From positions 2,027 to 66,026 of the forward strand of contig CANBOV010000003.1 of the NCBI GenBank assembly GCA_947371275.1: 64,000 nt of DNA, written 5' to 3'. This document shows, piece after piece, positions 43,114-53,377 of the stretch. The stretch is from Flavobacteriaceae bacterium. GTDB lineage: Bacteria; Bacteroidota; Bacteroidia; Flavobacteriales; Flavobacteriaceae. The notes beneath the pieces were generated by a model. It searched no databases and was not told the DNA's origin. It worked only from the letters and a program-made list of their open reading frames with translations. Position 1 is the first letter of the stretch, and each line of letters opens with the position of its first letter. The translations under genes and the position numbers were made by a program.

Positions 43114-45387
43114 TTATTCTTCAGTCTTCAAATTTCGAAGTTGTTTCAACTTGTCTTTCCATGAAGCCAATTCTTCTTTTTGACGTTCAATATTTTTCAA
43201 TACTTCTTTAACCATAGGATTATCTCCTTTAGCCTTCGCAAAGAATTGGATGTTGTTTTCCAATTGGAAAATCTCACCTTGTACTTCATCGATCTTACGC
43301 ATGATAAATACCTTTTCATTATCTAATTTACGAGTATCGGAACTTGCCAAATAATCCAATTTGTTAGCATAACGCGCTTTCTCATTGTCTTTTTTGCTAG
43401 AACTCAATTTCTCAAATAATACATCCAATATTTTATTGAATTTACCTTCAATATGACGACGGGCAAATGGTACTTTTCCAAATCCTTTCCAAGTTTCGAT
43501 ATGGGCTTTGATTGCATCCAAGTCCGCTCTGTGCTCTCCCGAAAGTTCAAATCCTCTCAAGGTTTCTAAATAGGCTTTTTTATTTTCAAATGCCGCAACC
43601 TCGTCTTCATTCACTTCCGATTTTTGCTCTTTTAACTTCTCAAAATACTCATTACAAGCCGCTCTGAAATCCGTCCAAAGTTTATCAGATAACTTTCTAG
43701 GTACATGCCCTATTGTTTTCCATTCTTCCTGAATTTGTTTGAATAGCGGAGTGGTAGTAGCAAAATCAGTGCTATCTTTCAATTCTTGAGCTTTAGCTAC
43801 CAAGGCTTGCTTTTTGCTTAAATTATCATTTTGGTCTTTCTTTATGTCTTTGTAAAAAGAGTTTTTAAGTATGTTAAAATTACGAACAGCATTTTTGAAA
43901 GCAGTCCAAATATCTTCATTCAACTCTGCTGGAACTTTGCCAATTCCAAAGAACTGATTTCGCAAAGCTTCAACTTTTTCAATCTGTCCTTGCCAAGCTG
44001 CATGCGAACCAACCTTTTCTTGAGCCAAAACTTCAATTTGAGCCACAACTTCTTTTTTCTTATCCAAATTGGCCGTTTCTCCTTCACGTAGCTTTTCATA
44101 CAAAGCTTCACGTTTATCATGCATTAACTTCGTCAATTCACTAAAACGAATCCATATTTCTTCACGATGTTCACGTGATACTGGTCCAATTTCTTCTTTC
44201 CAGATTCGGTGTAAATCTTGTAATTCACGGAAGGCTTTATTGATATCTTCTTCTTTTACCAATTCTTCTACACGCTCTATGATCTTAAGCTTTTGAACCA
44301 TGTTGTGTTTGAAATCCAAATCGCGTATCTCACGATCCAAATGCAGGATGTCATAGAAATTCTCTAAATGAAAATGGTAATTATTCCATACGTGATTGTA
44401 TTTATCCTTCGGAATAGGACCCGCTACTTTCCAACGGTCACGAATTTCATTAAATTTCTTAAGCGTAACCGGAATGCTTTCCTGACTGTGAATCAAGTTT
44501 TTCAACTCTTCCACTATTGCCATACGGTTGTCTAAATTCGATTTTAAGTTGTTTTGTAAACTTTGGAAATGAGCATTCTTTTTATCGCGGTAGTGCGTAT
44601 ATAAATCGTCAAATTTTACTTTTAATGGGAAATGATAATGGAAATCTTCTGTAGTCTCAGGATTTTCAGCATGGAACTCTTCTTTCTTCTCATCAATAAA
44701 ATGATAGTATTTAGATAAGAATGCTTTCTTAAGCTCTTCCACGTGGTCTTTAACCGACATTACTTTTTCTACGACTACTAATTCGGCCAACTCGTCAACC
44801 AATTGTTCCATAGATAAAGTTTCGTAATCCAACATCGGAATGTCATGACGCTCTTTTAAAGATTCGTCTTCACTTTCCTCTGCATTTACTTCTTCTATAG
44901 CACTAATAGCAGCTTGGTGATCATTTTCAGCAACTACTTCCTCAGCAGGAGCAGTCTCTTCAGCAACTACCTCCTCAGCAGGAGCAGCTTCTTCAGTAAT
45001 AACTTCCTCCACAGGGGCAGCCTCTTCAGCAACAACTTCCTCAGCAGGAGCAGCTTCTTCAGTAACTATTTCTTCTACAGTTGCAGTTTCTTCAGCTACT
45101 ACTTCCTCAGCAGGAGCAGCTTCTTCAATAACTACTTCCTCAACGGGAGCCGCTTCCTCAATAACTACTTCTTCGATAGGAGCAGACTCTTCTGTAACTA
45201 TTTCTTCTACAGTTGCAGTTTCTTCTGCTACTACTGCTTCTTCAGCTACTACCTCTTCTAAAGGAGTAGTTTCTTCTGCAGCAGTTTCAGTTGCAATTTC
45301 TTGATTTTCAGCCGTGGCCATTTCTTGAGCTTCGTTGGCTACATTTCCATCTGCATCTTGCAGGTTATCATTCTTTTCTTCTAACAT
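43114..45387 (-). CDS. DUF349 domain protein with an acidic repetitive N-terminus
   Basis: Repeated W...GP.P......W..F helical units; start taken at MLEEKND (45387). Confidence 0.88.
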   Translation of the reverse strand: MLEEKNDNLQDADGNVANEAQEMATAENQEIATETAAEETTPLEEVVAEEAVVAEETATVEEIVTEESAPIEEVVIEEAAPVEEVVIEEAAPAEEVVAEETATVEEIVTEEAAPAEEVVAEEAAPVEEVITEEAAPAEEVVAEETAPAEEVVAENDHQAAISAIEEVNAEESEDESLKERHDIPMLDYETLSMEQLVDELAELVVVEKVMSVKDHVEELKKAFLSKYYHFIDEKKEEFHAENPETTEDFHYHFPLKVKFDDLYTHYRDKKNAHFQSLQNNLKSNLDNRMAIVEELKNLIHSQESIPVTLKKFNEIRDRWKVAGPIPKDKYNHVWNNYHFHLENFYDILHLDREIRDLDFKHNMVQKLKIIERVEELVKEEDINKAFRELQDLHRIWKEEIGPVSREHREEIWIRFSELTKLMHDKREALYEKLREGETANLDKKKEVVAQIEVLAQEKVGSHAAWQGQIEKVEALRNQFFGIGKVPAELNEDIWTAFKNAVRNFNILKNSFYKDIKKDQNDNLSKKQALVAKAQELKDSTDFATTTPLFKQIQEEWKTIGHVPRKLSDKLWTDFRAACNEYFEKLKEQKSEVNEDEVAAFENKKAYLETLRGFELSGEHRADLDAIKAHIETWKGFGKVPFARRHIEGKFNKILDVLFEKLSSSKKDNEKARYANKLDYLASSDTRKLDNEKVFIMRKIDEVQGEIFQLENNIQFFAKAKGDNPMVKEVLKNIERQKEELASWKDKLKQLRNLKTEE
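44930..45280 (-). repeat. Coding tandem repeat of about 33 bp (11 aa, EEVVAEEAAPA-like), roughly 10 copies
   Basis: Recurring ttcctcagcaggagcagcttcttcag units. Confidence 0.85.
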
Positions 45388-45569
45388 TTGATCAATGTTT
45401 TGAGGGTTACACATTAGGAGGCGAAAGATAGTAAAGTACTACTAAAATTCAAAGCAATTCATCGTTTTCTCGATGAATGAATGCCTATTTATCTACCTTT
45501 CCGACGAAACACAAAAAAACGCTGTTAAATACCAACAACGTTTTATCTAGTATGCACCATAAAGCAATT

Positions 45570-46655
45570 TTAATTTACCACGACTTTCTTAGTTAAGGTT
45601 TCTTTAGCCCCTTTAAGTTGTAAAAAGTAAAATCCTTTAGGTAAGTTACTTAAAGTATATGTGTTATTTTGGAAATTTGGTTGGGTAATCTTTTGGAGGA
45701 TTTGACCGTTAACCGTGATCAAATCAATTTCATCTAATGGCTTTTCACTGGTTAATGTCAATGTTCCATCGGTTGAGGGATTTGGGTAAACGGTTACTTT
45801 AGATAAGTACGAGTAAGTTGATGTACTTAAAGCTTCACCCCAGATAATTTGAACGTATTCGGGATGATCTATAAAAGGATTGCGGTTCCCTTGTGCCGCA
45901 TAAACAGCATTATTCCGGTCTATTTCTTTAGCACTAACAGGATCGGCAACATGCCAACTGTAAAGCATCTCCAAATACCATTGCTCAAAAACCTTATCAC
46001 TAGTACCATCCAATACCGTATTTCCATTTGGATCTAAATTTTGCCAATTCGCAATCTGATTCTCATAACAAGTTGCCATATAAAAGTAATTACGAGCAAA
46101 ATCACCTTTGAATTGGTCTGCGGGCTCAAATACCTGTAGCGCATAAGGGTAATTTGGAGTAACACAGCTTCCAATACGCCAACCATTACCTATACTGTTG
46201 GTCACAGCAGGGTTGACATTGGCATAGACTAAATTACCTCGCATCCCATTGTCTTTCTTATCCGATGGCATTACAATAAAAGCATCTGAATACATTTGGC
46301 TTGATTGTGAGGCACCAAACCAACTTTTTGGAAAGGTATGTTCCTTGTTAAAGCGCTGACACTCCAAAGTTCCTAGCGTGCCGTCATCTTGCTGTCCTCC
46401 ATTGGCTACGGTACCAAAGGTAAAATTACAGTTGGAATAAATCTCCCATACATAATTGTCAGGTCGTACGTCAGAAGTCGTAAATAAATTCCATAATCCA
46501 GCACCATAAGTTACTGTCGTATGGGGGGCTATTTTAGTATACAATTGGGTTTTTAAAGCATATCCAGTTCCTGTCGCATTATCATAATAGCCTACTGGAA
46601 TCTGAGCAAATAATACGGTGTTACAAAGGAGTAATAAGTATAAGTAGTTTTTCAT
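45570..46655 (-). CDS. Secreted endonuclease I family nuclease with T9SS CTD
   Basis: NKEHTFPKSWF, FKGDFARNYFYM, RNNAVY..QGNRNPFIDHP; CTD YPNP...KGFYFL...KKVVVN. Confidence 0.9.
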   Translation of the reverse strand: MKNYLYLLLLCNTVLFAQIPVGYYDNATGTGYALKTQLYTKIAPHTTVTYGAGLWNLFTTSDVRPDNYVWEIYSNCNFTFGTVANGGQQDDGTLGTLECQRFNKEHTFPKSWFGASQSSQMYSDAFIVMPSDKKDNGMRGNLVYANVNPAVTNSIGNGWRIGSCVTPNYPYALQVFEPADQFKGDFARNYFYMATCYENQIANWQNLDPNGNTVLDGTSDKVFEQWYLEMLYSWHVADPVSAKEIDRNNAVYAAQGNRNPFIDHPEYVQIIWGEALSTSTYSYLSKVTVYPNPSTDGTLTLTSEKPLDEIDLITVNGQILQKITQPNFQNNTYTLSNLPKGFYFLQLKGAKETLTKKVVVN

Positions 46656-46657
46656 AG

Positions 46658-47872
46658 TTATAGTTTACGTTCTAATAAGGCCATATAAAATCCATCAAAG
46701 CCCGTATTTTGAGCTAATATTTTAGTGTCTTGAACAAAAGTAAAGGCTTGTCCAATTTCAGTGGTCAAAAATTTTTGTACTTGCTCCTGATTCTCAGAAG
46801 GTAATATCGAACAGGTAGCGTAAACCAACTTCCCGCCAGGCTTCACAATCTTAGCATAATTTTCTAAAACTTCGGCCTGTATCTTTTTTATATTGTCAAT
46901 AAACTCAGGTTGTAGTTTCCATTTAGCATCAGGGTTACGCTTCAAGACTCCCAATCCGCTGCAAGGAGCATCAATCAATACTCTATCTGCCTTTTCATGG
47001 AGTTTTTTAATCACCTTTGTCGAATCAATAATGCGGTATTCTATATTGAAAGCACCATTTCTTTTTGCTCGTAATTTCAATTGCTTCAATTTGCTTTCAT
47101 ACAAATCCATGGCAATCAATTGGCCTTTGTTTTCCATCAAGGAAGCCATATGCAACGTTTTTCCACCAGCACCCGCACAAGTATCAACAACACGCATACC
47201 GGGTTGCACATCAAGAAAAGCAGCCACAAGTTGGGAAGAAGCATCTTGTACTTCAAACATCCCCTGTTTAAAAGCATCTGTCAAAAAGACATTAGCTCTT
47301 TCTTTTAAAACTAGGGCATCGGGTTGGTCTTTTAAAAACTCGGTTTCTATATTTAAGTCCATCAACAAAGCATGTAAGGCTTCTTTCGTAGTCTTTAAGG
47401 TATTCACTCGTAAGATAACTTTGGCTGGCTGATTTTGAGCTGCAATCTCTTTAGTCCATATCGCTTCGCCCAATTCTTTGACACCCAATTCATCCATCCA
47501 ATCCGGAATCGATTCGCGCATTTTACGAATCTTAGACAATTCATCAAATCTCCCTTTAATTTTGCGCTCTGGTGTACCTTCCAATTGCCTCCAATCCGGA
47601 ATAGGATAACCACGCAATACCGCCCAAACGGCAAACATCCGCCATAAATCCTCCCGATTAAAAGGTTCTTTTACATCAGCAATTTCCATGTAAAGCCTTT
47701 TCCATCGAACAACCTCATAGATGGTCTCCGCCACAAATTTTCGGTCAGAACTGCCCCAACGTTTGTCTTTTTTCAAAGCGCGTGCTACGACCTTATCCGC
47801 ATATTCGCCTTCATTGAATATGGCATTTAAAGAGTCAATAGTGGTGTAAACTAAATTTCGATGTAATCGCAT
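46658..47872 (-). CDS. RsmB/NOP family RNA m5C methyltransferase
   Basis: EVQDASSQ, DTCAGAGGK, DAPCSGLG, YATCS. Confidence 0.92.
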   Translation of the reverse strand: MRLHRNLVYTTIDSLNAIFNEGEYADKVVARALKKDKRWGSSDRKFVAETIYEVVRWKRLYMEIADVKEPFNREDLWRMFAVWAVLRGYPIPDWRQLEGTPERKIKGRFDELSKIRKMRESIPDWMDELGVKELGEAIWTKEIAAQNQPAKVILRVNTLKTTKEALHALLMDLNIETEFLKDQPDALVLKERANVFLTDAFKQGMFEVQDASSQLVAAFLDVQPGMRVVDTCAGAGGKTLHMASLMENKGQLIAMDLYESKLKQLKLRAKRNGAFNIEYRIIDSTKVIKKLHEKADRVLIDAPCSGLGVLKRNPDAKWKLQPEFIDNIKKIQAEVLENYAKIVKPGGKLVYATCSILPSENQEQVQKFLTTEIGQAFTFVQDTKILAQNTGFDGFYMALLERKL

Positions 47873-47923
47873 GGTGTAAAAAAATAAGCCTGCAAAGTTA
47901 TTGCATTTTTGAATATAAAAAAG

Positions 47924-47968
47924 AAGTATTCTTTAAAACCTTTCGATAAAAGGAATTAAAGAATACTT
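47924..47968 (-). terminator. Imperfect hairpin downstream of kup (probable terminator)
   Basis: aagtattctttaa...ttaaagaatactt. Confidence 0.55.
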
Positions 47969-47985
47969 AAATAGGGGGAATGTGT

Positions 47986-49959
47986 TTAAAATTGAGAAAA
48001 AATTCGCTTCATTTCAATCTTCTCTGGCGCATGGATAACCAATGGGAACTGTTCAATTTTAACCGAACTACTATCCAAACCAAATCCTTTCTCTTCCGAT
48101 AAACTGAATTTTTTCATAAAGAAATAGGAATACATAACAAACTTTTCAAAGAAAGTCAAATCACTGTCATTTGACAAGAATTTCTCAGAAAGAACAAACT
48201 TGAAATCACCAATAATGTTGTTCTTATTCAAGGACTCATAACGGCTGGTAATATCTACCTCACCATTTTTTACCATGTCTTTAATAACTTCCTTAAACAT
48301 TAAATTAATCTTAGTTGGCTCTCTAAAGCCTAAGTAAAAGTCAATTCGATATAAATCATCTCTAATGATCTCATTCACTTTAAATTCTTTACGATAGGGT
48401 TCATTCAAGATGTTAACATGAATCAACCAATAAATGTCAGCACGCTTAGGCCGCTTTTGTAATATGGAATACATTACTTTTTCTTCAATCTCATCAATAC
48501 GGTTTGAATTGGTCATGTAAACCAAATGAGTCGCATATTTCGGAATTGACAAATCCAAACTCAACTCAGCCAATACTTTCTTGTAGTTGTCAATTTTAAC
48601 CATCTTAGTATAGTTCTTGCTGATTTTTTTAGCCAAAAACCAAATGGTCATGATGCCTATCAATACACAAGCAATAAACAATGTCACATAACCTCCATGA
48701 GGGAACTTGTCCAAATTTGCAATCAGGAAACTTATTTCTATAACTAAATATAAGGAGATGATAGCACCAATTATATACCATGACACGCGTTTCATAATCA
48801 AATAGTAATTCAACAATATAGTGGTCATGATCATACACAATACAATCGCTAATCCATAAGCCGCTTCCATATGACCCGATTCTTTAAAATGCAGTACGAT
48901 ACCGATACATCCAGCCAACAATAACCAGTTAATGGAAGGGATGTACAACTGACCTTTTAAATCGGTTGGATACTTGATCTTAACTTTGGGCCAAAAACTC
49001 AAGCGCATCGCCTCGTTAATTAAAGTAAACGACCCACTAATCAATGCTTGTGACGCAATTACAGCAGCCATAGTAGCAATGACTATTCCAATAGGCTGAA
49101 ACCAATTATCCATTACTAAATAAAACGGATTGGCATTATTACCTCCTAAATGATATAAAGTAGATCCCTCGTGCTTTATCAAATAAGCGCCTTGACCAAA
49201 ATAATTTAAAACCAAAGTGGCTTTCACAAATATCCAACTAATACGGATGTTTTTACGGCCACAATGGCCCATGTCAGAATATAAGGCTTCCGCTCCTGTT
49301 GTACATAAAAAAACAAAACCTAGCACATAAAATCCGTCCGGATGTATTCGCAGTAAATTGTAGGCATAGTAAGGATTAATAGCTTTAAAAACAGAAAGAT
49401 TACTTCCTATTTGAATGATGCCTAGGATTCCTAACATACTGAACCAAACCAACATCATCGGAGCAAAAAACTTTCCAACCAACTTGGTTCCAAATTGCTG
49501 AATGGTAAATAAAATAACTAAAATAGCAATTACTATGGGAACAGTATTAATGGAAGGATAAAAGGTTCTAATGCCTTCAACAGCAGAAGCTACAGAGATA
49601 GGAGGGGTGATAATACCATCGGCCAACAACGCACTACCTCCAACGATGGCTGGAACAATCAACCATTTAATTTTAGTTCTCTTAACCAAAGCATACAGAG
49701 CAAAAATCCCACCCTCACCGTGATTGTCAGCACTCAGCGTTAAAATAACATATTTTAAGGTAGTCTGTAGTGTTAGGGTCCAAAAGATACAGGAAAGGCC
49801 TCCTAATATGATATCAGGATCGATAATGTGATGGAGACCTATGATGGCTTTCATAACATACAAAGGGGATGTTCCTATATCACCGTATATAATTCCTAAT
49901 GTAATAAGTAATCCACCTATGGTAAGTTTGCTGTGAAGCTGATGATTATGAGCACTCAT
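47986..49959 (-). CDS. kup: KUP/HAK/KT potassium transporter
   Basis: GIIYGDIGTSPLY, ADNHGEGGIFALY, GAEALYSDMGH, GQLYIP. Confidence 0.95.
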   Translation of the reverse strand: MSAHNHQLHSKLTIGGLLITLGIIYGDIGTSPLYVMKAIIGLHHIIDPDIILGGLSCIFWTLTLQTTLKYVILTLSADNHGEGGIFALYALVKRTKIKWLIVPAIVGGSALLADGIITPPISVASAVEGIRTFYPSINTVPIVIAILVILFTIQQFGTKLVGKFFAPMMLVWFSMLGILGIIQIGSNLSVFKAINPYYAYNLLRIHPDGFYVLGFVFLCTTGAEALYSDMGHCGRKNIRISWIFVKATLVLNYFGQGAYLIKHEGSTLYHLGGNNANPFYLVMDNWFQPIGIVIATMAAVIASQALISGSFTLINEAMRLSFWPKVKIKYPTDLKGQLYIPSINWLLLAGCIGIVLHFKESGHMEAAYGLAIVLCMIMTTILLNYYLIMKRVSWYIIGAIISLYLVIEISFLIANLDKFPHGGYVTLFIACVLIGIMTIWFLAKKISKNYTKMVKIDNYKKVLAELSLDLSIPKYATHLVYMTNSNRIDEIEEKVMYSILQKRPKRADIYWLIHVNILNEPYRKEFKVNEIIRDDLYRIDFYLGFREPTKINLMFKEVIKDMVKNGEVDITSRYESLNKNNIIGDFKFVLSEKFLSNDSDLTFFEKFVMYSYFFMKKFSLSEEKGFGLDSSSVKIEQFPLVIHAPEKIEMKRIFSQF

Positions 49960-50046
49960 AAAAGATTATTAAAAGGGTACAAATGTACTCTTTTTTTAAA
50001 ATAATCATTTTTTTAAAACTGTTATTTTTAAATGCAATTATAAAAT

Positions 50047-50073
50047 AAAAAGCACCCTAAATCAAGGTGCTTT
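50047..50073 (-). terminator. Probable intrinsic terminator
   Basis: aaagcacc...ggtgcttt with an A run on the left (U tract on the minus strand). Confidence 0.65.
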
Positions 50074-50103
50074 CTACAGACTGCTTATGTATTCTATTAT
50101 AAT

Positions 50104-51267
50104 CTAACCTCTTCTTGCTCCACCAGAAGCTCTTCCTCCACCAGTATTCAGTCCATTACTTCTCGGCGCAGAATTTTGTCTTGGCGTTACGCTTCTAGGG
50201 GTAGTACTTCTTGGGGTTTCATAACTTCGATTATTGTTTCCTTGTGGTACTACATTTCGAGGTGACTCGGTACGGATAACCCCATTAGTTCTTGGTGAAT
50301 CGGTTCTGGGTGACTCGGTACGGATAACCCCATTGGTTCTTGGTGAATCGGTTCTGGGTGAATCGGTACTGATAACCCCTGTGGTTCTTGGTGACTCTGT
50401 ACGTATGGCTCCACTACCTCTAGGGAATTCATTGCGCGTACCGCCATTTCTGATGCTGTTATCGCGATCGTTTCCTCTTCCAGGAGTTTCCATAGTTTCA
50501 CCTCTGGTACCTACCGTTCTAAGATTCCTGGTTTTATCCAATTCATAACGATTACTATATTCTCCACGTCTAGCTTGGAAGGAACGGTTAGGATAACGCG
50601 CTTCGTAACCATTTCCTCTGCGTCCTCTATAGGAAGCATAGGCTACTTCACATCGTCTGTAATTCACATAATTGTATTGGTAATGTGGATTAATGCACAA
50701 TCCTATATGACTTCTGTATCTAAAGATTGGAAACGGCTCCCAAAAATAATAATAGGTCGGATAATAACCCCAGTACCAAGTGGAATAGTACGGACGGTAA
50801 TTACCTACCCAAAAACTAGCATAAATCATCGGCGTAGTAACATAGACCGGCTCGTAAATGTAATTGGAACCATACATATAGACATCTCCTACAACTTGTA
50901 CTTGTACTCTATTAGCTGCATCACGCTGCACTTCAACCGTTGCCACATCTTGAAAAGTATCCTTTCCTAAAACAGATTGAATTACAATGATGTGTGCATT
51001 CCCCTCAATGGTTTCAATAACACGCAAATAATCTACTTGGTTGTCTTCATTCAAATCCAAATTGGATATCTGGGTTTTAGGGTCATTCAATCGTTGCTCA
51101 AAATCAGCTAAATTTTCAGATTCTCCAAATAAAGAGGCCACCGCACGTAAATCCAAATTATCACTAATTTCAGAATTAGTAGCAGTAACCGTAGTCTTGT
51201 CTTGTGCAAAGACATTGCTTAAACTCAACAGGGATGCTATTGATAAGCTTATAATCGTTGTTTTCAT
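50104..51267 (-). CDS. Exported hypothetical protein with a Tyr/Trp-rich middle and a disordered Arg/Ser/Pro-rich repeat tail
   Basis: Signal peptide VFA-Q, EF-hand-like DLNEDNQVDYL, YRPYYSTWYWGYYP, RTESPRT repeats. Confidence 0.8.
   Translation of the reverse strand: MKTTIISLSIASLLSLSNVFAQDKTTVTATNSEISDNLDLRAVASLFGESENLADFEQRLNDPKTQISNLDLNEDNQVDYLRVIETIEGNAHIIVIQSVLGKDTFQDVATVEVQRDAANRVQVQVVGDVYMYGSNYIYEPVYVTTPMIYASFWVGNYRPYYSTWYWGYYPTYYYFWEPFPIFRYRSHIGLCINPHYQYNYVNYRRCEVAYASYRGRRGNGYEARYPNRSFQARRGEYSNRYELDKTRNLRTVGTRGETMETPGRGNDRDNSIRNGGTRNEFPRGSGAIRTESPRTTGVISTDSPRTDSPRTNGVIRTESPRTDSPRTNGVIRTESPRNVVPQGNNNRSYETPRSTTPRSVTPRQNSAPRSNGLNTGGGRASGGARRG
50261..50402 (-). repeat. Coding 48-bp tandem repeat (RTDSPRTNGVIRTESP), about 3 copies
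   Basis: ggtgactcggtacggataaccccatt recurs at 50261 and 50309, with a degenerate third copy. Confidence 0.85.
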
Positions 51268-51308
51268 AAGGTATAGTTTTTAATATACAATGGTTTGATA
51301 CCAATTAT

Positions 51309-51323
51309 CCAATTACTATGCCA
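51309..51323 (-). promoter_or_regulatory. Sigma54-like -24/-12 element
   Basis: Minus strand TGGCAT-AGTAA-TTGG about 40 nt upstream of the 51267 ATG. Confidence 0.4.
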
Positions 51324-51401
51324 CAACAGATTAATATCACTTTTTAACTAAATCTTAACGAACACAATTTTTGTACTTTAGCGGTGTTAAATGAATAAAT
51401 T

Positions 51402-52439
51402 ATGTTTAAAAACTTTTTTTTCAGAATTCTTTTTATGATCGGGGGAATTGCGCTTACTCAAGCACAAATCTATCCCAGCCTTAAAATAGATACCTTAGTA
51501 AGCCAAAAACTTAGCATCAGAGCATTAGAAATAGATGGCGATAAAATATGGTATGCCGGAGATCATAATCAAGTTGGCTACTATAATAATAAAACGCACA
51601 AGAACGAGGAAATCCTAGTCCAATCAGATAGTTTAAAATTAGAGTTCAGAAGCTTAGCCCAAAACACTACTTCCATTTTTGTAGCCAATATTGGCAACCC
51701 AGCCTTTATCTTCAAAATCAATAAATCAAATCTAAAAGTGGAAAAGGTCTATTCCGAAACCAATGAAAAAGTATTTTATGATAGCATGAAGTTCTGGAAC
51801 GATAAAGAAGGAATTACTATTGGTGATCCTACAGCTTCCTGTCTTTCCGTTCTGATTACCCGTGATGGAGGTAATTCATGGCATAAAATAACTTGTAACC
51901 AGCTCCCCATCGCAGAAGAAGGTGAGGCTGCTTTTGCAGCAAGCAATACCAATATCTGTAGTAAAGGTGACGCAACTTGGATTGTCTCAGGAGGAAAGAA
52001 AGCTCGAGTGTTTTATAGCCCCAATAAAGGGGAATCATGGAGCGTAGTTGATACACCTATAGCGCAAGGTCAAGCAATGACGGGAATATTTACGGCCGAT
52101 TTTTTCAATAACCAAATCGGAATCATTGCGGGAGGGAACTACGAAGCACCGAATCAGAATTTCCAAAACAAAGCACTATCTATAGATGGGGGCAAATCTT
52201 GGAAACTAATAGCTGAGGCAAGTGGATTTGGCTATGCCTCATGCATACAATTTGTCCCTGAAACCAACGGTAGTGCTATAGTAGCGATAGGAGCAATGGG
52301 ACTCTATTATTCAACAAATCAGGGAGCAAGTTGGGAGCAATTAAGTCAAGACAACACCCTGTTTACCTTAAGATTCTTAGATAAGCATACCGCTTTTGCT
52401 GCGGGTAAAAATAAATTAATCGCTATCGTATTCAACTAA
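51402..52439 (+). CDS. BNR/YCF48-like beta-propeller protein
   Basis: Asp-box repeats TRDGGNSW, SPNKGESW, SIDGGKSW, STNQGASW; signal peptide. Confidence 0.85.
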   Translation: MFKNFFFRILFMIGGIALTQAQIYPSLKIDTLVSQKLSIRALEIDGDKIWYAGDHNQVGYYNNKTHKNEEILVQSDSLKLEFRSLAQNTTSIFVANIGNPAFIFKINKSNLKVEKVYSETNEKVFYDSMKFWNDKEGITIGDPTASCLSVLITRDGGNSWHKITCNQLPIAEEGEAAFAASNTNICSKGDATWIVSGGKKARVFYSPNKGESWSVVDTPIAQGQAMTGIFTADFFNNQIGIIAGGNYEAPNQNFQNKALSIDGGKSWKLIAEASGFGYASCIQFVPETNGSAIVAIGAMGLYYSTNQGASWEQLSQDNTLFTLRFLDKHTAFAAGKNKLIAIVFN

Positions 52440-52471
52440 AAAAGAACGCCCATCAAGCGCTCTTTTCTTGT

Positions 52472-52933
52472 TTAATTATCCAACTTTTTATCGCGATACT
52501 GTTGAAGTAATTTTCTATTAAAATTATCTTCAGCCCTCCTTAATTTCAAAATTTTTACGGGCGATAAAATTCCTTTCAAATTGCCGACAAATTTTTTCTT
52601 AGCCAAATATAATTCATCATCATAACTTTCCATCTGTTCTACTAAAATCGTAGCCTCCTTATCAGACAACTTATCAAAGGAATCTTGATCCATATGTTTT
52701 AAATAGCCCTTTAATTTTAGCTTTTTAATTTCCCGCTGCTTGTCTTCAAAGGCATTATATAAGGGCCAAAATTTAGCCGATTCCTCCGGAGTTAAAGCCA
52801 ACTCATTAGTGATGTAGGCGACTTTTAACGCTTTAATTTGGTCTTTCTTATTTTGAAAAAAACGACCGTTTTGGCCAAAAGAACTTACTGATAGTAATAC
52901 TATAAATAACGAAAGTGAGTGTTTGATTTTCAT
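52472..52933 (-). CDS. Periplasmic helical protein of the ECF sigma cluster (Spy/CpxP-like)
   Basis: IKALKVAYITNELALTPEESAKFWPLYN; signal peptide. Confidence 0.8.
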   Translation of the reverse strand: MKIKHSLSLFIVLLSVSSFGQNGRFFQNKKDQIKALKVAYITNELALTPEESAKFWPLYNAFEDKQREIKKLKLKGYLKHMDQDSFDKLSDKEATILVEQMESYDDELYLAKKKFVGNLKGILSPVKILKLRRAEDNFNRKLLQQYRDKKLDN

Positions 52934-52937
52934 TGGT

Positions 52938-53354
52938 TTAATCTATTAAATATTGTTCTATATTAGGTGTGGCTTCTAAGGCTTCTTCAAGCTCCTTATC
53001 TGGGATGTTTAAATCTAATTTCATTTTTTCTAAATCCTTCTCATCGAGCAAATTTACAATGTCTTCTTCTGATACCGCAGCATGATATGTTAAGTAATTT
53101 TCTATAGTCACGGCATCAAGCTCTTGCTCCCTATTTTGATAATTCAAGTACAAGCCAAGGGATAACAATCCCACTACGAGCGAAGCAGCCGCAAAATACC
53201 ATCTTTTTCTAGTTGGATTGAAAGGGATAACTTTGCTCTTTTCCTTAGGTAATTGCGTTAATAGTTGTTCAGAAAACGCTTCAAAATAACCAGCTGGCAC
53301 ACTAAATCCAGTAGCTATTTTCGGTTGACTCGGTAATTTAAATTTTGGTTCCAT
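52938..53354 (-). CDS. Putative single-TM anti-sigma factor
   Basis: GFSVPAGYFEAF motif then a TM helix (WYFAAASLVVGLL); follows the ECF sigma gene. Confidence 0.7.
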   Translation of the reverse strand: MEPKFKLPSQPKIATGFSVPAGYFEAFSEQLLTQLPKEKSKVIPFNPTRKRWYFAAASLVVGLLSLGLYLNYQNREQELDAVTIENYLTYHAAVSEEDIVNLLDEKDLEKMKLDLNIPDKELEEALEATPNIEQYLID

Positions 53355-53377
53355 AGAGTATAGTAAACGAAATAAGA

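Noticed and set aside
50261-50402. Possible CRISPR or non-coding repeat array
   Set aside because: 48-bp period is in frame within a CDS and has no unique spacers
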